From assembly GCA_965235115.1 (NCBI GenBank), contig OZ249436.1:4776001-4840000 (forward strand): a stretch of 64,000 nucleotides of DNA, given 5' to 3'. Made by a program: the position numbers and the translations under genes. The DNA comes from Laetmonice hystrix. Its lineage: Eukaryota. The notes under the pieces were generated by a model. The model saw only the letters and a program-made list of their open reading frames with translations, had not been told where the DNA came from and searched no databases. This document shows, in pieces, positions 13,262 to 26,380 of the stretch. Positions within the stretch are counted from its first letter, which is position 1. Every line of letters starts with the position of its first letter.

Positions 13262-16200
13262 GAGTTTGTTCCGTGTTTTGAGACGATCGTGATAGCTCAC
13301 CGATTATTTTGTTTCGCATGAGTTTGTGCCGTGTTTTGAGACGTTATTCACGATCGCCCACCGATTCTGTGTTTTGCATGAGTTTGTGCCGTGTTTTGAG
13401 ACGTTATTCACGATCGCCCACCGATTATGTGTTTTGCATGAGTTTGTGGCCCTGTTTTGAGACGTTATTCACGATCGCCCACCGATTCTGTGTTTTGCAT
13501 GAGTTTGTGGCCCTGTTTTGAGACGTTATTCACGATCGCCCCCGATTTCTTGTTTTGCATGAGTTTGTGGCCGTGTTTTGAGACGTTATTTACGATCGCC
13601 CACCGATTATGTGTTTTGCATGAGTTTGTGCCCTGTTTTGAGACGTTATTCACGATCGCCCCCGATTTCTTGTTTTGCATGAGTTTGTGGCCGTGTTTTG
13701 AGACGTTATTCACGATCGCCCACCGATTATGTGTTTTGCATGAGTTTGTGGCCCTGTTTTGAGACGTTATTCACGATCGCCCCCGATTTCTTGTTTCGCA
13801 TGAGTTTGTGCCGTGTTTTGAGACGTTATTCACGATCGCCCACCGATTATGTGTTTTGCATGAGTTTGTGGCCCTGTTTTGAGACGTTATTCACGATCGC
13901 CCACCGATTATGTGTTTTGCATGAGTTTGTGGCCCTGTTTTGAGACGTTATTCACGATCGCCCACCGATTATGTGTTCCGCATCATGAGTTTGTGCCTGT
14001 GTTTTGAGACGTTATTCACGATCGCTCACCGATTATGTGTTTCGCATCATGAGTTTGTGGCCCTGTTTTGAGACGTTATTGACGATCGCCCACCGATTAT
14101 GTGTTTTGCATGAGTTTGTGGCCCTGTTTTGAGACGTTATTGACGATCGCCCACTGATTATGTGTTTTGCATGAGTTTGTGGCCCTGTTTTGAGACGTTA
14201 TTGACGATCGCCCACCGATTATGTGTTTTGCATGAGTTTTTGGCCCTGTTTTGAGACGTTATTGACGATCGCCCACAGATTATGTGTTTTGCATGAGTTT
14301 GTGGCCCTGTTTTGAGACGTTATTCACGATCGCCCACCGATTATGTGTTTTGCATGAGTTTGTGGCCCTGTTTTGAGACGTTATTCACGATCGCTCACCG
14401 ATTTCTTGTTTCGCATGAGTTTGTGGCCCTGTTTTGAGACGTTATTCACGATCGCCCACCGATTCTGTGTTTTGCATGAGTTTGTGGCCGTGTTTTGAGA
14501 CGTTATTCACGATCGCCCACCGATTATGTGTTTTGCATGAGTTTGTGGCCCTGTTTTAAGACGTTAACTTATTCACGATCGCTCACCGATTATGTGTTTT
14601 GCATGAGTTTGTGGCCGTGTTTTGAGACGTTTATTCACGATCGCCCACCGATTATGTGTTTTGCATGAGTTTGTGGCCGTGTTTTGAGACGTTATTCACG
14701 ATCGCCCACCGATTCTGTGTTTTGCATGAGTTTGTGCCTGTGTTTTGAGACGTTATTCACGATCGCCCACCGATTCTGTGTTTTGCATGAGTTTGTGCCG
14801 TGTTTTGAGACGTTATCCACGATCGCCCACCGATTATGTGTTTTGCATGAGTTTGTGGCCCTGTTTTGAGACGTTATTCACGATCGCCCACCGATTCTGT
14901 GTTTTGCATGAGTTTGTGGCCCTGTTTTGAGACGTTATTCACGATCGCCCCCGATTTCTTGTTTTGCATGAGTTTGTGGCCGTGTTTTGAGACGTTATTT
15001 ACGATCGCCCACCGATTATGTGTTTTGCATGAGTTTGTGCCCTGTTTTGAGACGTTATTCACGATCGCCCCCGATTTCTTGTTTTGCATGAGTTTGTGGC
15101 CGTGTTTTGAGACGTTATTCACGATCGCCCACCGATTATGTGTTTTGCATGAGTTTGTGGCCCTGTTTTGAGACGTTATTCACGATCGCCCCCGATTTCT
15201 TGTTTCGCATGAGTTTGTGCCGTGTTTTGAGACGTTATTCACGATCGCCCACCGATTATGTGTTTTGCATGAGTTTGTGGCCCTGTTTTGAGACGTTATT
15301 CACGATCGCCCACCGATTATGTGTTTTGCATGAGTTTGTGGCCCTGTTTTGAGACGTTATTCACGATCGCCCACCGATTATGTGTTCCGCATCATGAGTT
15401 TGTGCCTGTGTTTTGAGACGTTATTCACGATCGCTCACCGATTATGTGTTTCGCATCATGAGTTTGTGGCCCTGTTTTGAGACGTTATTGACGATCGCCC
15501 ACCGATTATGTGTTTTGCATGAGTTTGTGGCCCTGTTTTGAGACGTTATTGACGATCGCCCACTGATTATGTGTTTTGCATGAGTTTGTGGCCCTGTTTT
15601 GAGACGTTATTGACGATCGCCCACCGATTATGTGTTTTGCATGAGTTTTTGGCCCTGTTTTGAGACGTTATTGACGATCGCCCACAGATTATGTGTTTTG
15701 CATGAGTTTGTGGCCCTGTTTTGAGACGTTATTCACGATCGCCCACCGATTATGTGTTTTGCATGAGTTTGTGGCCCTGTTTTGAGACGTTATTCACGAT
15801 CGCTCACCGATTTCTTGTTTCGCATGAGTTTGTGGCCCTGTTTTGAGACGTTATTCACGATCGCCCACCGATTCTGTGTTTTGCATGAGTTTGTGGCCGT
15901 GTTTTGAGACGTTATTCACGATCGCCCACCGATTATGTGTTTTGCATGAGTTTGTGGCCCTGTTTTAAGACGTTAACTTATTCACGATCGCTCACCGATT
16001 ATGTGTTTTGCATGAGTTTGTGGCCGTGTTTTGAGACGTTTATTCACGATCGCCCACCGATTATGTGTTTTGCATGAGTTTGTGGCCGTGTTTTGAGACG
16101 TTATTCACGATCGCCCACCGATTCTGTGTTTTGCATGAGTTTGTGCCTGTGTTTTGAGACGTTATTCACGATCGCCCACCGATTATGTGTTTTGCATGAG

Positions 16201-16823
16201 TTTGTGGCTGTGTTTTGAGACGTTAACTTATTCACGATCGCTCACCGATTATGTGTTTTGCATGAGTTTGTGGCCGTGTTTTGAGACGTTATTCACGATC
16301 GCCCACCGATTATGTGTTTTGCATGAGTTTGTGGCTGTGTTTTGAGACGTTATTGACGATCGCCCACCGATTATGTGTTTTGCATGAGTTTGTGGCCCTG
16401 TTTTAAGACGTTAACTTATTCACGAACGCCCACCGATTATGTGTTTTGCATGAGTTTGTGGCTGTGTTTTGAGACATTATTCACGATCGCCCACCGATTA
16501 TGTGTTTTGCATGAGTTTGTGGCTGTGTTTTGAGACGTTATTCACGATCGCTCACCGATTCTGTGTTTTGCATGAGTTTGTGGCCCTGTTTTAAGACGTT
16601 ATTCACGATCGCCCACCGATTATGTGTTTTGCATGAGTTTGTGGCCCTGTTTTGAGACGTTATTCACGATCGCCCACCGATTCTGTGTTTTGCATGAGTT
16701 TGTGGCCCTGTTTTAAGACGTTATTCACGATCGCCCACCGATTCTGTGTTTTGCATGAGTTTGTGGCCGTGTTTTAAGACGTTAACTTATTCACGATCGC
16801 CCACCGATTATGTGTTTTGCATG
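13262..16823. repeat. Satellite, 60-61-bp unit, ~58 copies, with a 1409-bp higher-order duplication
   Basis: Unit GAGTTTGTGGCCCTGTTTTGAGACGTTATTCACGATCGCCCACCGATTATGTGTTTTGCAT. Diagnostic variants recur at +1409. Confidence 0.97.
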
Positions 16824-17439
16824 CGGTTTACATCTCTAACCGAAGTCTCAGCATGTCATATCCTGTTTAAATTATCTGACGATATATTTTATATCTTATC
16901 GCGGCCATACCGAAGTGATGTCAGTATCCGGTTGATGTAGATTCTGAGACGTCGCTGAGTCTGGGTCTGATGGTGGTGACTGTGTTCACAGGTATGTATG
17001 TATACACGTAGGCCTATACCTGTAAAAGGGGATGGCAGACGTATAAGCCTAATAACGTAGCTTTATGGGAATGGCATGTAGACCACTATATTATGTACAC
17101 GTATAACTCTGTTTTGCCCCAGTTCTTTCACTGGTGGGGCTCGATCGCTGCTCTATGTCAGTAAAACATACATATCTTTCCATTATATTATTTCCTGACA
17201 TTTGTGTATATGTTTTTTAGACACCCTGTATACGTATAGATGGACAATACCCAGCCTCAACAAGGTGGGAAGGATCGATATATAGTTGTGCTGTCTGCTT
17301 GATCAGCGTACGTGTGGCCCTGAATGATTGAAACCTCCCAATGAACCTGGAGATCAATAATATCCCAGAGCGTCCAGTAATCAATAAATCAATAGATAAC
17401 AAATAATATCGATCGGCAGCTTTCGATCTGAACGACAAC

Positions 17440-18625
17440 GCCATGAAACTGATACCGTTAAACCCTAACCTAGGCCGGTCCTAGAGGTTCGTATAGGAGG
17501 TCCATACGGTCGTATACCGTTAAACCCTAACCTAGGCCGGTCCCAGAGGTTCGTGTAGGAGGTCCATACGGTCGTATACCGTTAAACCCTAACCTAGGCC
17601 GGTCCCAGAGGTTCGTGTAGGAGGTCTATACGGTCTTATACCGTTAAACCCTAACCTAGGCCGGTCCCAGAGGTTCGTGTAGGAGGTCTATACGGTCTTA
17701 TACCGTTAAACCCTAACCTAGGCCGGTCCCAGAGGTTCGTGTAGGAGGTCCATACGGTCGTATACCGTTAAACCCTAACCTAGGCCGGTCCCAGAGGTTC
17801 GTGTAGGAGGTCCATACGGTCCCAGAGGTTCGTGTAGGGGGTCCATACGGTCGTATACCGTTAACCCTAACCTAGGCCGGTCCCAGAGGTTCGTGTAGGA
17901 GGTCCATACGACACAGCCATGAAACTGATACGGTCGTATACCGTTAAACCCTAACCTAGGCCGGTCCCAGGGGTTCGTGTAGGAGGTCCATACGATCGTA
18001 TACCGTTAAACCCTAACCTAGGCCGGTCCCAGAGGTTCGTGAAGGAGGTCCATACGGTCGTATACCGTTAAACCCTAACCTAGGCCGGTCCCAGAGGTTC
18101 GTGTAGGAGGTCCATCCATACGACACAGCCATGAAACTGATACGGTCGTATACCGTTAAACCCTAACCTAGGCCGGTCCCAAAGGTTCATGTAGGAGGTC
18201 CATCCATACGACACAGCCATGAAACTGATACGGTCGTATACCGTTAAACCCTAACCTAGGCCGGTCCCAAAGGTTCGTGTAGGAGGTCCATACGGTCGTA
18301 TACCGTTAAACCCTAACCTAGGCCGGTCCCAGAGGTTCGTGTAGGAGGTCCATCCATACGACACAGCCATGAAACTGATACGGTCGTATACCGTTCAACC
18401 CTAACCTAGGCCGGTCCCAAAGGTTCGTGTAGGAGGTCCATACGGTCGTATACCGTTAAACCCTAACCTAGGCCGGTCCCAGAGGTTCGTGTAGGAGGTC
18501 CATACGGTCGTATACCGTTAACCCTAACCTAGGCCGGTCCCAGGGGTTCGTGTAGGAGGTCCATACGGTCCCAGAGGTTCGTGTAGGAGGTCCATACGGT
18601 CCCAGAGGTTCGTGTAGGGGGTCCA
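17440..18625. repeat. Minisatellite, 62-bp unit with 31-bp and ~84-88-bp variants; contains AAACCCTAACC
   Basis: Unit TATACCGTTAAACCCTAACCTAGGCCGGTCCCAGAGGTTCGTGTAGGAGGTCCATACGGTCG. Confidence 0.95.
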
Positions 18626-18790
18626 TTCTAAAGTTTTTAGTTTAGTTACCACTATCATATTCAAGGGGTTTGTTATCATAAAGATGGTACCTGTCAGTTG
18701 TCTTCCTGAACCTTCTCGCCAACAAGAGGTGATTTGGGTCAGGGTGGCGGTGCTGGCATGGATTTAACACCTGGAAGAAATGTACCTGTA

Positions 18791-19462
18791 CACCACACCT
18801 GTGACAGTACTACCTGTCAGGTTGGACCATACCATGGTCACCACACCTGTGACAGTACTACCTGTCAGGTTGGACCATACCATGGTCACCACACCTGTGA
18901 CAGTACTACCCGTCAGGTTGGACCATACCATGGTCACCACACCTGTGACAGTACTACCCGTCAGGTTGGACCATACCATGGTCACCACACCTGTGACAGT
19001 ACTACCTGTCAGGTTGGACCATACCATGGTCACCACACCTGTGACAGTACTACCCGTCAGGTTGGACCATACCATGGTCACCACACCTGTGACAGTACTA
19101 CCCGTCAGGTTGGACCATACCATGGTCACCACACCTGTGACAGTACTACCTGTCAGGTTGGACCAAACCATGGTCACCACACCTGTGACAGTACTACCTG
19201 TCAGGTTGGACCATACCATGGTCACCACACCTGTGACAGTACTACCTGTCAGGTTGGACCATACCATGGTCACCACACCTGTGACAGTACTACCTGTCAG
19301 GTTGGACCATACCATGGTCACCACACCTGTGACAGTACTACCTGTCAGGTTGGACCATACCATGGTCACCACACCTGTGACAGTACTACCTGTCAGGTTG
19401 GACCATACCATGGTCACCACACCTGTGACAGTACTACCTGTCAGGTTGGACCAAACCATGGT
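18791..19462. repeat. Minisatellite, 48-bp unit, 14 copies
   Basis: Unit CACCACACCTGTGACAGTACTACCTGTCAGGTTGGACCATACCATGGT, with an internal TGACAG/CTGTCA hairpin. Confidence 0.97.
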
Positions 19463-20165
19463 CTCTCAGTCAGCCTCACCGTATCGGCCGGTCTATCTGC
19501 CGTGGGGTTGAGGAGGGGAGGGGGAGGGGAGGGGAGGCGGGGGGGGAGAGGAGGAGGGAGGGGGCAGGGGGGTAACCGGCTTGAGAGAGTGAACTCAGCA
19601 ACTACTGCATGATGGGAAGTAGGGAGGGGGTGTTCCGGATCAATTGACCTTATTCAAAACAACTTTACTGAGATGACACGAGCCCGTCTGTCTTCCTCTG
19701 GATTATGGGTTCAACCCAAGTTGAAATTACTCTAGGATTGGCCTATTTGGTTCCAAAGTCCGTTAGAGACAAACAGTGGAGTTGTTAGAACCTGAACAAC
19801 ATCTTTACTATTATAATGGCTCTTCTTCCATTGCTGTTAACACAATGATAACAAGTATGATAAAGAGATTGATGGTCTATAGCCATAACCAGCAGTAGGC
19901 CTATATATGGCTTTACAACATTTCATAAGGGCTAAAACACATGTGGACAGGTATATCTGTCCATGTCTGGTTAACTCCTATAGGAGTTAACCACAACTAT
20001 ACTGGTGAGATATTATTTGTTATCTATTGATTAACTATTGATTATCTATTGATTAACTACTGGTGCGATTTTGTTATCTATTGATTAACTATTGATGGTT
20101 AACTCCTATAAATGGAGTTAACCAGATTCTTGTCCTTACTTGGCCTCAGTAACCCAGATACATCC

Positions 20166-20409
20166 TGTTTGAATTTACCATATTCAGAGCTTCCTGCTGA
20201 TGTTTGAATTTACCATATTCAGAGCTTCCTGCTGATGTTTGAATTTACCATATCCAGAGCTTCCTGCTGATGTTTGAATTTACCATATTCAGAGCTTCCT
20301 GCTGATGTTTGAATTTACCATATTCAGAGCTTCCTGCTGATGTTTGAATTTACCATATTCAGAGCTTCCTGCTGATGTTTGAATTTACCATATCCAGAGC
20401 CTCCTGCTG
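20166..20409. repeat. Minisatellite, 35-bp unit, 7 copies
   Basis: Unit TGTTTGAATTTACCATATTCAGAGCTTCCTGCTGA. Confidence 0.95.
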
Positions 20410-21287
20410 CACCTTCATTGTTTGTTTATCCAGATTGTTGTGTTATGGGTTGTGTGTCAACAAACAACATAATGTAGTAGAACAGTGCGCGGATTTTTTT
20501 CCTAGATTTTTAAACCATCTTGAATTGGAGCCGTATTGATCACCCAGTTCCGGTATTCATATTCTTCCCTGGCTTTCAAAAAGAAGTCAGGACAACGTTT
20601 TAATTACACACGGAAACGGTTCATAAAACGTTTCCCGAACCATTTTGCTGGCTGGTTGTACTATGATATCGGTATTGATCTGTTGGGAGTGTCTCTCGTA
20701 TAGAGAGAGGTTTTCATACATAGCGACTAATTCCGCTCGGTGTGTAGCGATGTGCACCGTCACGACGGGTTTACCCCGTCCGGTTTTATCACTCAAGCAG
20801 GTAAACTATAGGGTGTGAACATATTTCAAAGAAAATCATTAAACCTTGAATTATTCAGGTGTTGAAATAATTATGTTGTACTCAGGATGACTTTCAATAG
20901 CTATGTGCAACATTTCGTCACCCCCGTTGCGCAATATTATGCACTGAGTGACCCTCATACCCGAGTATTGATTGCGTCCATAGATATACTGTGGACATAC
21001 TGTTATCGAGTAGCATACATTATAAATTTAAGGTGCACTTTAACTGCGTCACTTCTAAGTCAGTCGTGCTTCGTCCTTGGCTGTTCTGACAGTAACTCTG
21101 AGAGTAATTTCAATAGATCTTTATGTTACTCCCAAAGATTTGTCTCACTTAAAATAAGACAGGAAACCCGAAAGCAAAAAGATGTGCCACTTGGTCTGAT
21201 TTTTTATTGAAATATGCACATATGTTATTTCTTCATCCAGAACTATAGTTTTGTCCATGTACGTTTGGTTCATATATTAGTAAAATA

Positions 21288-21450
21288 TTAGTTCGTCATT
21301 TTACCAATCTTAAAATTAAAATTTTAAGACTGACATGTGTTATGGTCTCTTATTGGCTGACTTCATTTGAAGGACCAATCAGAAGCTCTGAAACAAGAGT
21401 CCAGTCTTAAGATTTGAATCTTAAGACTCGGTTTGCAAACTAAAAACCAG
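21288..21450. mobile_element. Degenerate fold-back MITE remnant
   Basis: TCTTAAAATTAAAATTTTAAGACTG is inverted against CAGTCTTAAGATTTGAATCTTAAGA. A central ATTGG/CCAAT pair is also inverted. Confidence 0.5.
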
Positions 21451-23561
21451 GGCCAGGAGCTTAGATATCAGATGAGAACATTATACATGACCTATATAGG
21501 TGAGACAATATACAGGACCGTATCTGGGTCAGGTCATGGAGTGTAAGACCCCAATTCGATAGTACATGATGACATCAGAATTTTCATAGATATCATAAGG
21601 TGAAAGATGAAATAGCTTAATTATCAAAATGATTTTACGATATTTCGCTTCGAATGTTTCGAGGGGGAAACCACGAAGATTTCCACATGTGGAGGTAGAG
21701 TCTATAGGCCCTACCTGCATTTATAAATATGAGAGCAATTAATGTGGTTTATTTTTTGTTAATTATAAGAAAAAACTGTTTACAATGATGCCCTCTAAAT
21801 GAAGACCTCTATGTCATGGTTGTCAATAAGGTGCAGTGAAAGGCGGATTCATCTTACAAAAGTAAAATAACCCAGTGGAATAGAAGTGGTCTATGGGTGG
21901 GCATAAAAAAAACTTGTCGAAGTTGGACGTTACATTTCCAAAAACCTCTAAAGAAAAAGCTTCTGAAAATTTATAGGAGTAAAAACTTCGATGTTCTTAA
22001 TATCTGGTGAAATTTCCAAGCCGATATCTCAAATAATCCTTACAAGAGACCAAAATTAAAATTGTGTCTCAAAAATTGCTGTTCCAGACTAACGTCCTAT
22101 CTGGTTTAACTTGAACAGATAGTCAATTGGACACACTTTCAGGACGATTTGAGATATCAACTTGAAACTTTCAACAGATGTTAAGAATATCAAGTGTTTA
22201 CTCCGGTAACTTCTTAGAAGTTTGTGACCTAGAGTCTTTTTATACCCACCTCCAGCGAATCCAGCGGACCCAGATGAGACTTTTTGTTGTCTCAATCTAA
22301 GCGCAGTGAGACGTGCATGGTTAACTCTAACGACCCGTTTGGAGTTCGTCATGCAGTGTTAGCTCTTACCGGTGATACCCACTTTAGTATAGATATACAC
22401 TCATGGTCTGATTATAATTCCTTAACAGGAGATGACGCACGCAGTCATGAAAAAAGAAATCTTTGATCTAGGCGTTCATCATCCGTTTACATCAGATATG
22501 GGGGGCGCATTCCGTCACAAAGCTTGGGTTTTAATATATACGGTGAAATTTCTAACACTCTGCAAGTATATATCCAAGCCTATAGGGTATAATTATAGCT
22601 AATAACCTTGTAGGTACCGCCGGTATATAAGTCCAACACTATCAATACCATATAGTCACTCCAGCATTCTACCTTTACTGGTAATTGCTTGTTTGGTATT
22701 TCTTCTGAATTACTACGCAGGGATAATGTATAGGCCTACACGACTTCTAATACAGGGTTTTCATGTGTAATTTTCACAAATCATGTGTCATGTATTATAA
22801 ATACATTGAACCCTGTCAATTAAATGGCAGTATCGGCCAATTTATGTCCAGGGGGGAGAACTATGAAAACAATGCCTGTTCGTTTAACCCACCTGGTAAG
22901 GCGATGCCAAGTTAGCTTATAAGGTCCTGTATTAAACGTGTCTCTAGAGGTCGTGGACTGGAAAGAAAATAGAGAGGTTGCATGCGAGCAATCAACTTTT
23001 TTCTCTGTCTCATCGTAAGCACGCTATCATGCGTAGGGGCCTAAGTGAGACTATCACCAAAATGAAGGATGTTTTTATTAGTATTTGAATTATAATTAAC
23101 CCAGATATCCCTCTTAATGACATCATGCTTCCGGGCCGATAAGGCTTAAAACTTTTTAAATTATTTCACTCAACTTTTGATCTCTTTTGCCTTATTGTCT
23201 AATTTACAAGAAGGTTAGACATCTTAGGATAGACTATGGTAGCCTACCTAAGCCTAATTCGAGATCCTTTAGGCCCTTACAGTAGGCCTGGGCCTAATGA
23301 CTTCGGAATGAGCAGAGTCTGAACGGTAATTTATCGATTAAGACCATTCCGAAGTAGCTAACCAGTTGTAGATCTATAAAGGGCGACATGGCCTCGTCAC
23401 GTGGAAACGCGCCCCTTTAAGTCGGCAAGAAATGACGAGCAGACTTAGCATTCCTAAGAACTTCAAGCGATAATAATTAAAAACGAAAACCTCCGACAAC
23501 AGATGATCCGGGGAGACTCACATTCATCGCCGTCAACAATCAAAAAGGCTGTAATTTTTAC

Positions 23562-23956
23562 AAACACCAGTCACTTTAATTAACTAAACACCAGTCACTT
23601 TAATTAACTAAACACCGGTCACTTTAATTAACTAACTTAACACCAGTCACTTTAATTAACTAAACACCAGTCACTTTAATTAACTAAACACCGGTCACTT
23701 TAATTAACTAACTTAACACCAGTCACTTTAATTAACTAAACACCAGTCACTTTAATTAACTAAACACCAGTCACTTTAATTAACTAAACACCAGCCACTT
23801 TAATTAACTAAACACCAGTCACTTTAATTAACTAAACACCAGCCACTTTAATTAACTAAACACCAGCCACTTTAATTAACTAAACACCAGCCACTTTAAT
23901 TAACTAAACACCAGCCACTTTAATTAACTAAACACCAGTCACTTTAATTAACTAAA
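23562..23956. repeat. Minisatellite, 24-bp unit, ~16 copies
   Basis: Unit AAACACCAGTCACTTTAATTAACT, containing the TTAATTAA palindrome. Confidence 0.95.
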
Positions 23957-24488
23957 GCTGAATACACGGTAGCCTAACTGAATGTCAGATTGCGACCATG
24001 GTGACGGTCCGCCTCGCTTTCATTTGGCCGAGATCACGTGACGAGATCATGTGACGGAGGGCACGTCATGGCGTCCTATCGGCAGTTTGAAGGCGTGGAA
24101 ACTGATATTAGACTGCGTAGGTCTACGACCCGAGGTATATTATAGGTCCCTATAGTATAGCCCAAGAATGGCTCTGATTGGTGGAGCGGGTCTCGACTAA
24201 TGAGGCGATCAACCCGTAGGCCTACAGTAGGCTTAATCGCCGACTAGCCCGGCCCCCTAGCGGGAGTACAGTGAAGCAGTCCTAAATCGCCGACGTCAAT
24301 TTTGGACTCACTAGGCCTAAACGCCCTGTTGGCCCAAATAGGCCCACCGTGTTATTCAACCGTGTTATGTCGTAGTCCAAGGCCGTAGATCTATACGCAG
24401 CCTATAATTGCTGGGGGACAGACCTAGATCTCTATATAGGCTTGGAAGGGCATCCTGCTCACAAGGATGAATTTACACTCTCAAAAAG

Positions 24489-24676
24489 CAGGCGTGTAGC
24501 CAGGGGGCCGACGAAGAGGGCCTTGAAAGGGCACCTGTTAGTCTAAGTCTCGTTAAAAAACGCCCCCACCCACCCCCACCCACCCAACCAAACCAACCAA
24601 CCAATTTTAAACTTAGCCTACCACAGTAAAGATTAAACTTTCATTCCCCCCTCAGAAAATCCTGGCTACACCCCTG
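24489..24676. mobile_element. Short GC-terminal MITE
   Basis: CAGGCGTGTAGCCAGG ... CCTGGCTACACCCCTG inverted ends, 1 mismatch. Confidence 0.65.
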
Positions 24677-26380
24677 AAACGGGCACCTGTTATAGCCTAA
24701 GTTTCGTTAAAAAAAGGCATTTTTCGTCATGATTAAGCCTATAGAGGTCTAGGCCTACTGGGGGAGCAGGTACCCCCTGTCTAATCCATATAGGCCTACC
24801 TGACAACATCCATAGAAACAGCTCGGTGTCATGTGCGTTATGAAATTAGGGGGGCCTATATACTCAGTGAGTCATGTAGGTAGGCCTATAGATAACACAC
24901 ACACAAAACAATTAGCATGCTATCTGACATGATCGACTTTCAACTTAAAGTCTAGGCCTACATCCAAATTGACCGAACGCACAACCAAACTATCCTGCTC
25001 AAAATAAATACGTATGGGCATATAGGTCTATATGGTCATAATTACAATGAGACTAACAGTTAGAGGATAGGATGAGACATTGAACCCCTAATTTATTAAT
25101 TAGGCCTAATTGAGGGTCACAATCTCCGAGCTGAGTCCATTGGCTTGGTCCGTTCGTTACCTTGTTCAGTTGTAACTAGGCCTATTCCTCCTCAGATTAG
25201 GTGTAAGACATTCTTATATAAGCCCTTATATAAGAATGTCGACGGCAACATTACTATCATCCGTATCAAAACAAAAATGGTTTGGTCATCATAATACCAA
25301 CCATATCAACGGTTACCGAAGGGTGAGCTCACCATTCTTGCTTTAATCGTTAGAAAATGTATTTACGTATGTTCAGGCAAATTCACAACTTTTGTTTATA
25401 ATCATTAATAATAACCCCCACTTAATCTCCAGACTTTCTTTCCCGATAGGCGCTATAGTATGTTTCCGAGAACCAAAATTATTAACAAAGAAATTAGCTG
25501 TGGAAATAATTTAGTGAAATATGACAAAATGAAAAGCACATATATCCCTACCGCTCACGAGCAAGGGGTATGTATCATGTGAACCCTTTGTTAATACAAC
25601 TTTGTAAAAGCCTTGTCATCTCGTCTAGCCTCTCCCTTGAACTGTTCCCCTATATGTCTCCGTACACCTTGCGACAGCAGGGCGTCATTCATATTAGTCT
25701 TATCCCATATCAGCTTTAGGAAAGGGAGGCTAATGAATAGTGTACACGGATACAAACGTCAAGATTCCCTAGAGCTTTGTGTGCCAGTTATTTTACCACC
25801 TGGACCAACTAGAAAGGAGAAAAACAATGAAGTCGCCAAAAATGACTATTATAGATCTATAACCATGGGCTAATTATTTAGGGAGGGGGGGCTAACCATC
25901 AGGCAAAACCATATTATTAGGCCTAGGCTTAAAATATATGATAGCCTAAATATGATCATAATTGGATGATAAAGATATCATCGTCCAGAATGTTGGGGGG
26001 GCTAGAGCCCCCTCAGCCCCTCCCCCGAATCCGCCAATGATAACGATAAACTGTGTGGAGACACAGGCCTATAATATAGTGGGCACCGGCCGAGGGGGCT
26101 TTCATACCATAGACATAGAACCACGTGATTCTATGTCTATGTTTCATACCAAACCGATGACCAACCTTCCCCGTTCTTTATGTGCAGTCTGAACACCAGC
26201 CAAAATGTTTAGGCCTTGTTCGTTTTCATTTTTGTTTTATTGGTGTCCTCCGTCATACGGCCTGGAAGTCTAAAGCTAGCTTACCTATTTTTTTTATACG
26301 AGTACCCTTGACAACACTTCGGTGGTCTGTGGCGAGCATCTGCCCCCAGAGGACGTCCCTAACTATACCATGCACGACCG

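Noticed and set aside
13262..16823. Regularly spaced repeats (here and in the other arrays) as a CRISPR array
   Set aside because: The units are contiguous with no unique spacers, there are no cas genes, and the context is eukaryotic.
17452..18625. Interstitial telomere
   Set aside because: Only one CCCTAA per 62-bp unit; no (TTAGGG)n run.
18734..19612. 292-aa His/Cys-rich repetitive ORF and overlapping ORFs
   Set aside because: Product of a 48-bp (multiple of 3) minisatellite open in several frames on both strands. It starts at a non-ATG codon and has no domain or splice support.
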